A DNA stretch of 64,000 nucleotides. It comes from Epithemia pelagica. Taxonomy: Eukaryota > Protista > Bacillariophyta. Below, piece after piece: positions 34,377 through 48,747 of this stretch (its first letter is position 1; each line of letters begins with the position of its first letter). The stretch is taken from positions 558,001-622,000 of the forward strand of contig OX337236.1 of NCBI GenBank assembly GCA_946965045.2. The letters run 5' to 3'. The position numbers and the translations under genes are program-made. The notes below the pieces were generated by a model. It ran no database searches, was not told the DNA's origin, and saw only the letters and a program-made list of their open reading frames with translations.

Positions 34377-37300
34377 CTAATTGCGACCTTTGTCGTCCTG
34401 TGAATCCTCATAGTCGTCGTCGTCTTCATCATCGGGGTCTGGACTCTCACCGCTTTCCTCCTCTTCTAAATCACCTTGAATTTCAAAGTTTCGGCCGCAA
34501 ATCGCGGGGCAACATTTGGCCAGCAAATGGTCAACTAGATAGGTAGGATCCGAGGGTCCCAAACAGACTGCCATTGTGAGAAAGACCACAAAGCTTCCCA
34601 CCAGAGATTGAATAACGGTAAGGAACAAAACAATGGCAAATCGTTCAAAGAAAATGATAACCTGTCGAGAAGAGAAACCATGTACTTCAATCAGTCACTC
34701 ATTCATCGATAGAAATCACAAAAACAACAATTGGACATACCGTGAACAACATGACCAGTGCAGCACTAAACGTGGTAAAGGCGGCAGCCAACACGGAGGG
34801 TCCCATGGAAAGCAAGGCATGAAGGGTCCGTTCTTCGCGGCTCCTGTGACCTTTCAAATGCGAGTAGGCATGACTAAAGTGAATGACAAAATCACAACTG
34901 ACTCCAATCAAAATGGCCAACAAGATGGACTCCAAGAATCCAAGTTCCCAGCCCATTGCTACCAGCATGGCGGTTACCGACGTCAGGACATATCCGACTG
35001 TGACGGTCGCAAAGATGGTCAACACTACCGATCGGGAGGAAAACAAAATGACGGCTGCGGCAGCCGCCATGGCAATTCCAGCTGCCTGGAAGGCAGTGTC
35101 CAACATGGACCGGTTGGTGTCATACCACCAAAAGTCTTCGCTGGTAAAGTATCGTCCATTGGCTGTAGCCGGTGCATTGGGATAGTCATTGTCCATCCAT
35201 TTTTGAATCAAGTGCCATTCGTCATCCAAATCATCAAAGGGAGAATCATATCGTACACGACTCGAGAAGGGAAAGTACATGATTGTAATCTTGCCCTGAC
35301 GAGCCAAGACCGATAATTCGTTGACTTCTTGTCCCCAGTTGTACATGCAAGCATCAAAGTCTTGCTCTGCCATGGGAATTTGAGTTGCACCGTTGCAATT
35401 CTCTGTGTAGGCAGCACTCGGAGCGTCCGATGTGGATTGTTCTTGCAACCACGCATCAAAGGCATTCATGGGGCAAACAAAGTCTTCTGTCGTGGTTGCG
35501 GCAAAGTCTTCAGCAAAGAAGCGGTCGCAAAAGCCAAGCAAGTACTCTTGTGCATCCGTATCGGAAGGATTGAACCTCGAATCAAGCACCAATTGCGACC
35601 AGGTTTCCGGATTGTTCAAATCACCTGTGTCGGCTGGCGACACACCCCAGACCACATAGGCCTCACTGCCACCCTTCTTTTCCAACACATCAAAGAGCAA
35701 ATTCTTGCGCCAGACAAAGTTTTGTTCGTATTGGTTGTCGGATTCCTCATACAAACGGACATCGGAAGAATCGGGCAACTCAATGGATGACGCGACAACG
35801 GCACACCACACCAAGGACCCGGCACAAATGAGTAACAAAGGCCATCGAAACATGTACAAGTACTTGTAGAAGGAACGAAGGAGGCTGTGAATAAGCCCTT
35901 CTTCCATTTCTCCTTCGAACGTTTCCTTCTTTCGGATTTTCTCAGGATCCTCGAGCTCATCTTGTCGTACTTCTTCGTTGTCATCTGGATACGATGCTTC
36001 GTCCTCTTCTTCTCCTTGCTGCTTTTTGGTACAACACTTGCATTTGGGAACGAGTTTGCAATGACAGCAGCATCGATTGGCCTGGTCAGCTTGATCGTAG
36101 ATGCAAAGGGCGGGAAAGACCAAGAGAATACACATGATATAGTCCATGACAACCAACAATCCGCAAAAGACGGCAAAGCACAATATGGGTGCCACCGGAC
36201 AAACGGCAGTACCAAAAAAGGCCACGGCCGTCGTCAATGTGGTCAAAAACATGGACAGGGCCGCATCGGGCAAGGCAATGGCGGCCACTTCTTCGACCGA
36301 GGCATCCGGATTCAGCAATCGGGCATTTTTCCACTTGTCCACGGCCACAAAGACATCGTCCGCGCCCAAGGCAAAAATGACAAAAATACCAATAAAGTTG
36401 AGAAAGGGGAAAAACTCCAATTGGGCCACAAAAGTGTAAAAGAAGAAGGAAAGAGGGAAACTCAAGACAATTTGTGCCAATCCGACAATCTGTTGAAAAC
36501 AGAATCATGCAGCAAGAAATGGTGAGATGGAGAAGAAACAAACAACTATAGTTCGGAACACACGTACGCTCAAAAAAGGACTTCGCGTATGAACCACCAT
36601 GGCAATGACTGTGACAAAGGCCGATCCGACGGCCAAACTCATGTCAATCAACAATTGTTCATCGAGGGACAAATTGACAAAGTCTTCGTATTGTGTATCG
36701 TAGGCACCCGAGATTTGTCCCTTGCCTCGAGGGTAATTGTCCACGCCATCGTACAAGTCTTCTTCCACACCCTCGGGTGTGGCAAAAATGGTACTGGAAT
36801 ATTCGGCCCGTTCCGTGGAGGGATAAAATTCATCCAAGATTGTGGGAAAGAATCCAAAGGGACAGGAATCGGGCAGGGTGGATCCATCTCGATCGACATT
36901 GTAATTGGCCAGCAAATCGGCGACACACTCATCCAAGGAATTCTTGTGTGCCTCATCTTGTCCCTCGTTGGTCCACGCCGTGGCCAACTCTTGACAGGAC
37001 ATGCTCATACCAACCTCCACCGTCAAACGAGCATAAAAGACGGTCGAGTAGGGTTGCAAACAGCGATCACTGTCTTGGCATTTCTGACAGAGATTCTGTT
37101 GTTCCAAGTAAGATTGTGTGGTTTGCTCTTCCAAACACAATTCTTCCAACAAGTCCGAATCAAAAAAGGATGTGGTGGATTTCGAAGTCCGCCACACGGG
37201 CCACAAATGGGTGTCATCGTACAAGGTCTCGGACGTATACCAGGAGGTATCACAACCCTCCAACAAGGTTCCTTCGGTACTGTTGAGGACCGAAAGCAAC

Positions 37301-37953
37301 CGGATCTGATGGTCCGACAAGACTGGCAACGTGGCTCGACGACGATTGAGGTTCCTGGCAGTGTATCCTGCGGCATGATGAGCATCATCGAGCGCCTTGA
37401 GTGGTTGCAGTTGCATACCAGCCAACAAGCGATGTCCCCACGAATCCATATTGTCCCAACTCATGCCATCTGGATTCACAGGCACCATGAGTCTTCGACG
37501 TTCGTCGTCATCGTCCGTTTCCCATCCGTCTTGGACATTGTTGATCAAATCGAGCCAGACCTCATCCGTGGTATCGCCATACAATTCTTGTCCAAACTCT
37601 CGCACCATGTGCATTTGCGTCTCCCGGTCCGCAATTTTTGTCCCACGACTGTTCCAACCATTGTTATCAGCGGCCACATCAAAGTTTCCAGCAATCATAC
37701 CAATGACTCCCAAGGCCAAACTGGACAGAAAGGAAATCCAAAAGTACGTACAAGGATTGCGAGCTACACGCATGGCTTCGCGTTGGACAAAGTTGTATCG
37801 TTTGCCTTCCAAATTTCTCGGTGCATTATCAATATCGTCCGAGGGTTTGTCTTTTCCAGTGTCGTCTTCTTCCAAGCTTTCTTCTTGTAGCTCGTCATCG
37901 TCCACCACAACGTCTTGGTTGTCGTTCTCTTTTTCTTTATAGCCGACTTCCAT
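34377..37953 (-). CDS. Patched/Dispatched-like RND sterol-sensing membrane protein; exons 37953-36568, 36489-34741, 34661-34377
   Basis: Two luminal loops and two TM bundles with ALGADDVFV, MFLTTLTTAVAF and IGVSCDFVIHFSHAY. Two phase-0 GT-AG introns join three ORFs (about 1139 aa). Confidence 0.85.
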
Positions 37954-39291
37954 CTTTTGTGATCGGTCCAAGCAAGGTAACAAACCGTGAAAGATTTCGT
38001 TCGGTCAGAAAGATCCAATTTTTGCTGCGCCTGATGTTTTATGCACTAAAGATGTTCAGGAGATCTCTTTTGGATTTCATTCATGGATCTCAAGATATTC
38101 CACAACAACCTTAGATCTCTGCTCCATCAACGAATGCAACACAGCATTACGGCGAGAAAGGACGACGATGGATGGCTTGGTTTGATTCGGGCTGGCCGAT
38201 CCAAGAATGAGTCCACTGCTCGATGATCCGTTTGCGGTGGGATTCAATAATCAAAAAATAGCTTCAAGAACCACATAACTGTTCTGATTAGGACCGGGTC
38301 TTCCAAAATGAGAATGGCCCAAGGAAAATCCGAACTTTGGATTGTCCAAATTTCTGTGCGCTGGCACTTCCGATAGTGACTCAATGTGGACGGCTTGTAT
38401 ACTCTCTACTCTCCTTCCAAGTCTCTCTCTCGGATCCGAAACAGCTGCACGAGTCTGGCGATCATGGACACTTAGAGGGGCAATGGTCCGTTCGCGCACG
38501 CCCATCGAGAATCACGCCAGTAGAGCTTCTGGGAATCGCAAACAGCAGACGGCCCCATTATTTATCTCAACCCATCTCAGTCGCCGTGTGCCTTTGGGGC
38601 CCCTCGTCGTCCGTTGAAAAAGACAGGGCCCATCATGGCTCTTCTGGACCGTCCAGTGGCTTGGAACCAAAGAGTAGAGTGCTTTGATTGCCACCACATG
38701 TAATTCATGATGCAGGCAATCCGATTGAGACGATTGTAGGAAAGGGTTCCCTTGTGTCGTTGGCGGAAAACGATACCTCTTGTCTGAATCTCGAGGCAAA
38801 GCCGAACGACGCCTTGGTACCGAAAATTTCATGACATGACAGGTGGACCAATGCATACTTCGAAAAAGAATGTGGTTACTACTTCAATACGTCAATCGTT
38901 TCTCATGGTGAAAGTGTGCCAGACACAAATGCATTGCTGCTTTGTGGCCTGAATGCCGCCTCATCTGTGTGAGTCGTTTGGGTTGGCGCACCTTGCAGCG
39001 GTCGGAATCCTTCCTGCTTCGCCGGTTGGCTACTCCCCCGTCTTCCGTTGAGTCCAGAGACTGGACTGGACTGGAACTTTTGCATTCACTGACAGTTGTT
39101 GTGGAAAAGGCCCTGTTGACGAGAGCGCACCCAAGCCTTGGCATGAATGTTTGACAGGTTTGAATACACATGAATAAACCTGTGCAGTGGTCGCAGCATC
39201 GATTATTTGGCCGAGCAGCACAGTGGTTTCATAAGATATTTTGGAATAGCTGTTTGGAAAGGACTATTGTAACAAGCGCGAGACTTTGACC

Positions 39292-41765
39292 ATGATGTCC
39301 CAACGAATCCTCTACGCGTGGAGTATTGCTGTGTCATTTCTCGTGTTTGACCTCCGACCTTGTGCTGGATGCTTTTATTGCACTGAAGATGTCCTGGATT
39401 TTTATGCCCAACTTCCCGCGGCAGCATCGGAAAACCCTGTCACGGTCGAGCTTTGCTCGGGTACCGTCTATGATATTGGAAATCCCAGTGGTTCCATCTT
39501 GTATCGCAACGGGACTGTTCCCAATCAATGGATCAACGGTCAACCACCCATTCTCGCCCGATCCTATACCCACTATAAATGCGGATCCGCTGGCTCCTCC
39601 AACAATGGATGTGTTCTTCTCGGCGGTCACGTGCAATTTTGGAGTCCCAAAGATCCGGAAAATGACGATCCAATCATGGGGGTGGTGGTCCAAGGTGTCA
39701 CCTTTCAAAGTGCCGAAACGGTTGCCATTTTACTAGAAAATTCGGGTGAGATTGAGTTTATCGATTGCATCATCAAGGTACGGAAGCTAGGGATGAGCAC
39801 CTTGTCGTAGATCTCAGCAACCATCCACCTTACCAAACCCACGTTTTTGTCTGCTCAGGATCATTATACAGCTGCACCGGTGATGATGCGGTATTCTCAT
39901 TTTCGTCGGTCACTGAGGCAAGAAACCGCCGCTGCACCACATTCCACGGACATTCCCAGCAACGAGGTCGAACGATCCATGCTTCCGTCCGATTATCGGA
40001 CGCCGCGACTTGCCGTGTCATTTCAAGACACTCAGTTTCGTGGAAACACACAGCAATTTATGTCGTCCATGTTTACCTATGGCATCATTTCGTCGTCCAA
40101 CTTGCTTCATGATTTGACCATCACCAACTGTATCTTTGAGAACAACACGTTTACCAGTGATGAGGTGAGTCGTCGCGCTTTGTCTATTGCTATTTGGGAG
40201 AAATTTGTTCTCCAAGCATTGTAACATTTCTCTTGATGTATCTAGAGAGGATATCTCGTTCGGACGTTTGGGGCAACCATCACAGTGGAGGACTCTTGGT
40301 TTGCGGACAATAAGGTATCTGGATGGGGTCTCGTTCAAGCCTTTTCGTGGGACTGGAGTCAGAACCCATTGATTCAAAACAATGACGGTGTTGTTTCCGA
40401 GACGGACACTGGACTGTGTCCATTTGTGGCATTTTCGGAAACGATACCCGAAATTCCGGAGCATGTACAATGCATTCAACTCGACGGTTCCGAATTCATT
40501 CCAAATATTGCTTCTACGCCCATCCCGGTTCATCCACCATCACCCGCTCCTGTGCCGTCTCCGTGTTATGGTTCCATCCAGGAAGTCAACGATTTCCTCC
40601 GACTTTTCCCGGACTTGTTTTCCTTTACGATTGAGTTTTGCCCCAATACCATTTACACCATTGGATCGCAAGACTCGAACGGCAACTGGGTGGGTGGAGA
40701 GCCTCCGTTGTTGGCACGATCGTCCACCATATTTCAGTGTGGCTCACAAGGTGTATCCAGCAACGAGTGTGTGTTTCGGCATGGAGACAAGCAGTTCTGG
40801 AGTAATACAGCAAAGCCTGTAACGGCTGTTGAAGTCCGCGGAATTACATTTGAGAATGCATCCGACACTAGTATCTTTCTTGAGAGTCCCGGACATGTCA
40901 CGTTTGTAGATTGCGTTGTCCAGGTAAGTCAGGAATTCCATCGAGCGACTCGTCTCAATATATGGTGAAGAACTCATGATCCAATGACTTGTAATCATAG
41001 AATCATGTCGGGGCTATTCCTATTCTGTCAACAGGACCGTCGATGCAACTCAGTTTTGTCTCGACTGTATTTCGTGACAATGAGCAGCTGGTCACCTCAT
41101 CGATGACGACCTACGGTGTGATAACAGTTTCAGATTCATCCAACACCTTGACAATCGACCAGTGTTCCTTCTCGAACAACGTATACGACAATGATCAGGT
41201 AGGTTGCCTTCCATTCTGTGATAACGGCGCCAATATCATCTGACGCCCAATGCTGTTGCATGATTCGACTTTGAAGGGAGGCTATATTATCCGAACAAAT
41301 GGTTCACCGTTGTCTATTACGAATTCGGATTTTACTGGTAACGTCGTATCTGGTTGGGGTCTCGCAGAAGCCTTCTACTGGAATGAGCAAGCCGACCCAA
41401 CCATTGCCAGCAACAGTGGTACTGTCCCTGCGAGTTCCACGCTTCTGTGTCCATTTCTCGCTCTGTCCCACATAAATCCCTCTCAATCGAGCGAAATTGA
41501 ATGTATTGGTCTTTCTGGAGACTCAGTCACCTCAGCCCCAAGCGACGCCCCGTCCACTTCGCCATCCAATATGCCTTCGATCACACCGGCCACTGTATCA
41601 AATTCGAATGCCGCTGTCCAGTCACAAACTCCGTCCAACATGAATGCATTACCTTTAGTGGTGTTTGCAAGCGGAACTGCATGTGCCGTAATATTGGTGG
41701 CGATCGTGGTTAGACGACAACTTCTCCGCAGAGATCTTGGTGCGAAAGACATGATGAGTACTTAG
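39292..41765 (+). CDS. Type I membrane/cell-surface protein with two tandem Cys-containing, beta-helix-like modules; exons 39292-39777, 39859-40164, 40246-40923, 41001-41198, 41277-41765
   Basis: Signal peptide; duplicated module (xCxxTxYxIG...PxLARSxTxxxCG...NxCV...GxxQFWS...TFxDC, then GYxxRTxG...VSGWGL); S/T/P stalk; C-terminal TM followed by RRQLLRR. Four phase-0 introns. Confidence 0.75.
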
Positions 41766-42160
41766 GATCCATTGACAAGGGCTCTGACCGCATGATTCAG
41801 GCAGCTTTTGTCCCTCCTGCGGCCGATGGTCACTCCTAGGATTCAACTTCCTCATCCATAACCTGGTAGCGATATAGCAAGGCAAGACGACATACCTAGG
41901 TAGATAGCTCCTCTACATCTACGGGGCGACGGACAGACATCACGCAGGGACCCACAGCGCGCAGCGTGTCTGATCTTTTCTCTCTTTTCCGTCACACTTC
42001 TCGCCATGGACACAGGCACTGGACTTGGAACCTTTTCTACTCACAATTAGGAGCGGTCAATTGTAATAGTACCTTTGTGAACCTGGCATTCAACATTGAC
42101 AACAGGAAGAGGAACATTGAGGAAGTGCGCAATTGATTGACCACGGATTTCTTGCCCGAA

Positions 42161-45100
42161 ATGAGTGAGAACGGTTCGGCAACGGAGGTCGCCGAAACTG
42201 CCAAAGACCCGTCGTTTAAGGACGGGAAAGCATTGAATTCATCACCCACAATGGACAACCCAACCCCTCGTGGACAGGATCCCATCATTGAGGGTGAATC
42301 TGGTGTTGATGCGGGAAGTACATCAGCAAAACTTCAGGCGGAAGACATTGCAAATGAGTTGAATTATCGTGTCATGCTGGAAGAAATGGAGCAAAAATAC
42401 GTAGAATTGAAGGATGAGCGAGATTCTATCAGAAAAGAGCTTGAGGAATCGCAGAGGGCCCAGCAAGGGGCGTCCAATGCTTCCATGGAAGTGAAAAAGC
42501 TTTCTTCCAAGGTTGAAGAACTCAAAAGCGCTTTGGAAACGACCCAGCATCGACTAGAGGAGTCGCAGAATGAAACGAAGAATGTGGAAGAGAGGTCTGC
42601 ACGGACCCTAGCTGAGTCGGACCGCCTCAGAGAAGAGATAACGTAAGTGTATATTTGGAATACCATGCTTGTTTGAGGCTCATAGAATTCCTCATTAAGG
42701 TTGACTTTTCTATTGGCAGTCGATTGAATGAAACGAATGAGAAACTCGGCGCCAAAGTAGCCAACACGGAAATGGAAGCAAAACTCAAAGAATCAGAAGC
42801 GATACCCCTACTCCACGAGAGAGATCGTATAAAAACTGAGATGGAAAGTTTGCAGACACATGCAAACTGGTTGCAGGGAGAACTTGAGGCAAAGACATCG
42901 TCGTATCAGCGGTTGCAACACGAAGCACATGACCGCCAGCTCCAATTGCAGCTACAGCTCCAACTGACAGAAAACGAAAAAGACGCAGCACAGGTCCGAG
43001 AGGAGGAGCTGCGCAAAATAGAAGGTCGCCTCCAAACTCAAGTGGAGCAGTTGTCTCTTGACGTTATGGAAGCAAAGAAAGAATTAGCTGACGTCAAGGA
43101 GAGCTCGGCATTGCAAATCCAAGAAGAGCGCCAGTTCGTTAATTCACAGAAAGAGCATTTGATTCGATGGGAGCAGAGGTATAACCATGCTGTGCGAGAG
43201 AGTGAAGCTTTGAAAGAGGCTGCCGGGAAAGTTCAGGCCTCCATTGACGAGCAACTTGACCAGGCTCGTAAAGAAGTTGAAACAAAATACGAAGAGCTCA
43301 TTCGAATTCAAGCTTCTGAGCTTGAGTCGAGAATTGAACAGCGGGAATCAGTACTACCTATTGCAGCACAACAAACACAGACTGGTGACGACGAGGATGC
43401 GCCAGTAGGGTTAACAGAGGTGTATGAACTTTTGGAAAAAGCAAAATCAGACCTTCGCAAAGAGACACTGAGAGCAAATCGTGCTGAGCTAGAAAAACGT
43501 CGCATCATGGAAGAGGTTGCAGAAAGGACCCCTAGGTTGAATCGCCAAAGGGAAGAGTATGAAATTGCAATGGATCAAATGACGGAGTATCAATCGCGCC
43601 TTGACGATGCGCTGCGGGTGAAAGACGAGGCTCGTGCGGACAGTGATGAAGCTCGACGTGCTGCGACAAAGTGGCGGAAGCAGTATGACGAAAAGGTTGC
43701 TGAGGCAAAGTTGCTCGCATCGCAAGTGCAAACGCTTCTGGTTAGTCGGGCTGGAGGTACATCAGAAACCAATGTCCCTCTGTCGGTTACAAACATGCAA
43801 CAACAGAACCAGCGGTTGCTAGTGAGCAATGAGAATCTTCGGAAAGAAGTCGAGGAACTTAAAGAACGCTTGAATGAAGACGAATTGGCATCAAAGCTTG
43901 AAGAAAGTCAAGCAGAAATTGAAGCGCTCCGTGACCAGAGAAAGCTTCAACTAGATGCTGTCGAGAAAATTGCTCAACAACGTGATCTCTATAAGTCGCT
44001 TTGCAATCTTGAAAGTAAATCATCCCACGGACAAGAGCTCACTGTCCAAGAGTTTTCGAAAGAGCAAGTGGAGCGCGTTAAGAAGTTGGAGAAAGAACTG
44101 GCTGATGCAGATGAAAAATTGGCCACTGTAACAAGTGAACGTGACTTCCTTACGCGCGAGAAGGAAGCATCAGAAGAGAGACTGGCAAGATATGAGTCAT
44201 ACAACGGCGATTTAACGAAGTCTCTTAGTCGCCTTGAGTCCGATCTGCAAGTGGCGCGTGGGGACTTGGCACGGGGACAATCGGAAGCGAAGTATCATAG
44301 TGAAAAATGTGTTCGTCTCGAAGAAAGCGTACACCGCGGGAGAGAAGAACTGGTCCATGTGACAAATGCCAAGAACGAGCTGCAACGTATCAACGCAGAG
44401 CTACAACACAGTCTCACTGAGTCCAGGAGCCTTGTTGCACAGAAGGAAACGGCGAAACTTCAGGCTGAGACTCAATTGCGACTTGCCGAAACACAGGCTG
44501 AGACTGCAAGACTTGCGCAGAAAAGGGCTACCGAAGAAGCTACGCATTTGCGAACCGAAGTTGCTCGGCAAGGAGCACTGATAGACTCAATTCGACGTAT
44601 CGAAAACTCTTTGACTGCGAAGAATGAAAGCGAAACAGAAACTCTAAAGGAAGAACTGGATGAGGTGAAGAAGACTATGGCGCATGATCGAAAGCGATAC
44701 GAGTCGGAACTTGACAATCTTCGAGAGCGTGCGAAGAGTGCGGAATCACGGTGTCTCGAGGCGGAGGCCGAAAAAGCAAAGGTACAAGCCGAAACAAAGG
44801 TTCTTCAAGATTCAACACGTGCTAAGGCTGCACCGGTTTCCACCGGCCCAGGTAACGATGATGAGGTATCTGCACAAGAAAAGATCGACTCCCTTACGAC
44901 ACAGCTTGCTGCTGCCAACACCGAAATTGCTGGTCTGAAGGAAAACGTGGAGAATTACAAAAAAGCAGCCAAAGTTAGTGAGTCATCAATGGCAGAAGTT
45001 TCGTCGGTGGCCACCTCAAAGACGATTGCACTGAAAGAAGAACTCGAGCGGTTGACCAAGGAGTGCGAACGTGTGAAGAAAGAAAGTACGGAGAAGCAGG

Positions 45101-47757
45101 GTATCATTGTGGAGATGACTGAATCTCTCAAAGGTCAGCGAGAAGTCCAAGAGAAAGCTGAAGCCGAGCTTCAAGTTCAAATATCATCTTTGAAATCCAA
45201 GCTTGAGACGCGTGAAAAAGACCTTGAGTCCTCTCAGGCGTCTTTTGCTGCATTGCAGCTTGATTTGGATACCATGCGATCCGAAATGTCCAAAGTTCAA
45301 TCTAACTTTGAGCATGAATTGAGATTGCATTCCGAAGCTCGAAGCGAACTGATCAAAGTTCGTGAAGAATCCGATAAGGCGGTAATTGAAAGGGGTAATG
45401 CGTCTAAACAAATTGAAGAGCTGAAATCTTCGCATACACATGAGCGCGATGTGTGGAAGCAAGAAAAAGAATCTATGAAACAAGAAATTCTTGTCTTGGA
45501 GCAAAGTCTCAAAGGTACAAGAGATCAGAACAAAGTTCTGCACTCACAACTGGAAACCCTTGGAAATCAAGTTCAAGAACACCTCGCATCAAAGACAGGT
45601 ACATCAGAGGCCGATAATACGACGATATCTGAAGATCAGAAGGTGCTCAGTGAATTGAGAGAAATCGTCAAATTTGTCAGATCAGAAAACCAGATGATTC
45701 AGACTCAGTTGGACACAGCAACACGTGGCCTAGAACGTGAAAAGGCTGCTGCAAGTGTTTTGAGACAGACCTTGGATGAGGCACGCTCCGAGCTTTCGGC
45801 TTTGACGAAAAAATGGGAGACCAACGAATCTAGCATGGTGGAGCTTACTGAACTTAAAGGGAAATTGCGTTCTGCAGACGAACAACTGGCGTTGCTTGGA
45901 GATAGCAATAAGTTGCTTCGTGAAGAGTGTGAAAGAACCCGAGCAAGTTTGAAGGTGTCTGAGACCGAGAAGGAGTCTCTAAGAAAACAGCTTCAGCCGG
46001 CGGAAAACTTGAAACATGAATCAGATACGAAGATTGCCTCTTTAACAGCAGAAAATGAGAGTTTGCGGCGGGAACTGGAGGCATGGAAAGGACGAGTTGA
46101 CAATTTGGTGAAGAAATTCAATCAGGTGGATCCCGCAGAACATAGCAAGGCGCTTGCTAAAGTTGACGAGCTCATGAAGGAAAAACTTAATAGTGACAAG
46201 TGGAAAGACACGATGGATTCAGAAAATAAACGAATCCGGGAAATTGCGAAAAAGCTCAATCTTAAGCAGAAAGAGCTAAAATCGCAGCTCGACGAAAGAA
46301 CCAAAGAGATTGAGAAGTTGAAGAGTGAAAGAGAGTCTTTGGTCGGTACGTCAGCAAAAGAAGCGGCCACTGCTAAGGAACGCGATGAACTCAAGGAGAA
46401 ATTGGTGGGACTGGAGAAAAAGACATCATCTGTTGAAACTGAGCTTGAGGGAGCAAACAAAAGAAACGAAAATCTTCGCGAACGATTGAGACAGTTTCAG
46501 ATGACCATTCGCGATCTTAAGAGTAAGGAGCAGATGCTCACGCAAAAACTTGCTGCGGCGCAATCGGAGCGGACGGTCACCGACCAGCCCACCAAAGCAG
46601 TGAAAAAGCAGAAAGCAGAACCTGTAGATGCTGTTCAAGACCCAACTTCAGTGGAGAAATTGAAGGACAGTGATAAGAACACCACTGTGGATAGCAAAGT
46701 ACGAGAGAATCCGGAGGTTGTGCCTTCTGTGCCTGATGGAGGGTTCAGTTTTGGCCCAAGCCCTGAGTTAGTAGAAAAACCTGCACATAATCAGAAGACC
46801 AGCAACGAGAATGAAGGTGCTGTGCAATCGTCATTAAAGGCTGACGCTGCTGTCTTCGTCCCTAAGGATAAACCGGAAGCTGTTGCTAATAAACCACCGG
46901 CACGGCCGACCGTAAAGCGTCAAGCATCTGGTGAAACCATGGAGCTCTCTGCCAAGGAGAAGCTTATGAAGAAGAAGCGAAAACTCGCTGAAGCCTTGTC
47001 TAAGCTGGAAGCGAAGAAAGCCCCGGAAAAAAGCGAAGGTCAGGGTGAAGCTGACGGGCCACCGGCATCAACACAAACTGAAAAGGTCGAGTCAAAGGAG
47101 AATGTTCAAATTGAGACAGAGCCAGCCAAACCGAAAGATGATTCGAAACCGGTCGACACGGCAATTTCATCCGAGAAGACTGAAGCCTCAGAAGGCAAGG
47201 TTCCGGAGGCAGTTTCTGGGAGTCTTGATGGAGATGTTGGGAAGGCGAAAACCAGTGGTGATGAAGCCGAGGAGATGAAAACTGAATCTGTTGCGAACGA
47301 AACCACAGCAGATGGGGACAAACCAGTAGAACCTGGCACTGTTCCAATGGACGAGAATGTGACTCCGAGCCTTACAACCATTGCATCTGGGGCAAACCCA
47401 TTCGCATCAAGGAATCCTTTTGCGTCCGTCGCTCCTCCCAAGTTCCCCGAACCGTCGGCTGCAGCTGCAACTGGCTCTGCAAGCGGTGGCTTTTTGAACA
47501 TGAAGCCACCGGACAGTTCGTCCAGTCCACCGTCCTTCAATTTTGGCACGAGCTCAATCACCCTACCAATGCCATCTTCGGCAGCTCCGCCTCCCTCACC
47601 TTTTGATACCTTTGCAGGAGGATCGAAATTTGGCGGCACACCAAGTGTTTTTGGAGATACTAGCCAGTCTATCGTTCAGCCCTTATTTGGAAGTTCTGCG
47701 ACACAACCAGAATCTACTCAAGAAGATGGGGCAAATAAAGCGTCAGAGCAAAGCTAA
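42161..47757 (+). CDS. TPR: Nuclear basket nucleoporin TPR/Mlp1; exons 42161-42642, 42720-47757
   Basis: About 1840 aa, mostly coiled coil, with NFEHELRLHSEA and ELREIVKFVRSENQM motifs and a disordered C-terminus with FxFG/PF motifs. Confidence 0.85.
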
Positions 47758-47838
47758 GATGACGTCGGAGAACAACGACTCTCCTAACAGAAGACAGATG
47801 GCAAAGAAGAACGGAAGATAATTAGCCGCGGGGATATT

Positions 47839-48462
47839 TTAAGTCTTTCTGACCTCCGATTTCCCAGCGTTGGGTTCCCCTTTAGGACTTTTGAAGTCTC
47901 CTTTCAGAACATCTTGCAACGTTTGTTCTGCTTCTTCTCTTGATAGGCGATGTTTCGTCCAATACATACCATTGATGTGGAGAACGGGGATATCGTATTT
48001 GTACCTATCAAACCAATCCCTGTGTTCACGATCCGTGATATCAATCTGATCCAGTGAATGGGGGTAGGTTTCTCGAACAGCTTTTAGGACATCCTTGACC
48101 TTGTCGCACAGTGTACATCCTTCCTTTGTGAAGAGAAGTACCGATGGTGGCCCACCTTGATCGTCTTCTGGAGCAGTATAGACGTTCCCAGTGACACTGG
48201 CAAAACATCTCCGACCGCCCATGAATCGACCTTGACATGGATGAATGTAGGCACGCCTGGAACTACCACGTGTGAGGTGTTGGAAGGCTTCTCTTCCTTT
48301 CAACTGTCTCTTGGCCATGGATATACCTGCAACGAGTGGTGCACTGGTCATCATGATTTGAATAATTGCTGTCCATAGAACGACCTGAATCCAAGTAGAA
48401 AATGAGAAACAAAAAAACTGTCGGCACCCGACCATTCTGCTGCATCCATCAACAATCGACAT
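47839..48462 (-). CDS. Glutaredoxin-like protein (DUF836-type) with N-terminal presequence
   Basis: LFTKEGCTLCDKV...IDITD...RYKYDIPVLHING. Confidence 0.8.
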   Translation of the reverse strand: MSIVDGCSRMVGCRQFFCFSFSTWIQVVLWTAIIQIMMTSAPLVAGISMAKRQLKGREAFQHLTRGSSRRAYIHPCQGRFMGGRRCFASVTGNVYTAPEDDQGGPPSVLLFTKEGCTLCDKVKDVLKAVRETYPHSLDQIDITDREHRDWFDRYKYDIPVLHINGMYWTKHRLSREEAEQTLQDVLKGDFKSPKGEPNAGKSEVRKT

Positions 48463-48747
48463 GCGCAATGGGAGAATGGAGAATGAGAGATGATGTGCAT
48501 GGAACTGCGCTTGGGTCATCAGTCGGTATGGACGAGCGGTCGCTTTTACGAGGCGAGTCGCTGCAACCGTCGCGCGCGCTTGCGATTGTGAATCTGATCC
48601 GTTCGGTTTTTCGCTTTCCGGTCACTCTGTCGGCTCGACGATGAATGAATGAAGACCCCCCGATCCTTTTGGGCCAATTCATTGCAACTTGTCTAGTTCC
48701 GTGCAGGATACTCACAAAACTGGCTTGTAGATCTACAGCGTTTATCC

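Noticed and set aside
38100-39280. 1.2-kb gap containing a minus-strand frame (39171-38512) with one internal TGA
   Set aside because: No recognisable motif, no SECIS-like hairpin noticed, and no TIR or TSD found. Left unexplained; a BLASTx would settle it.
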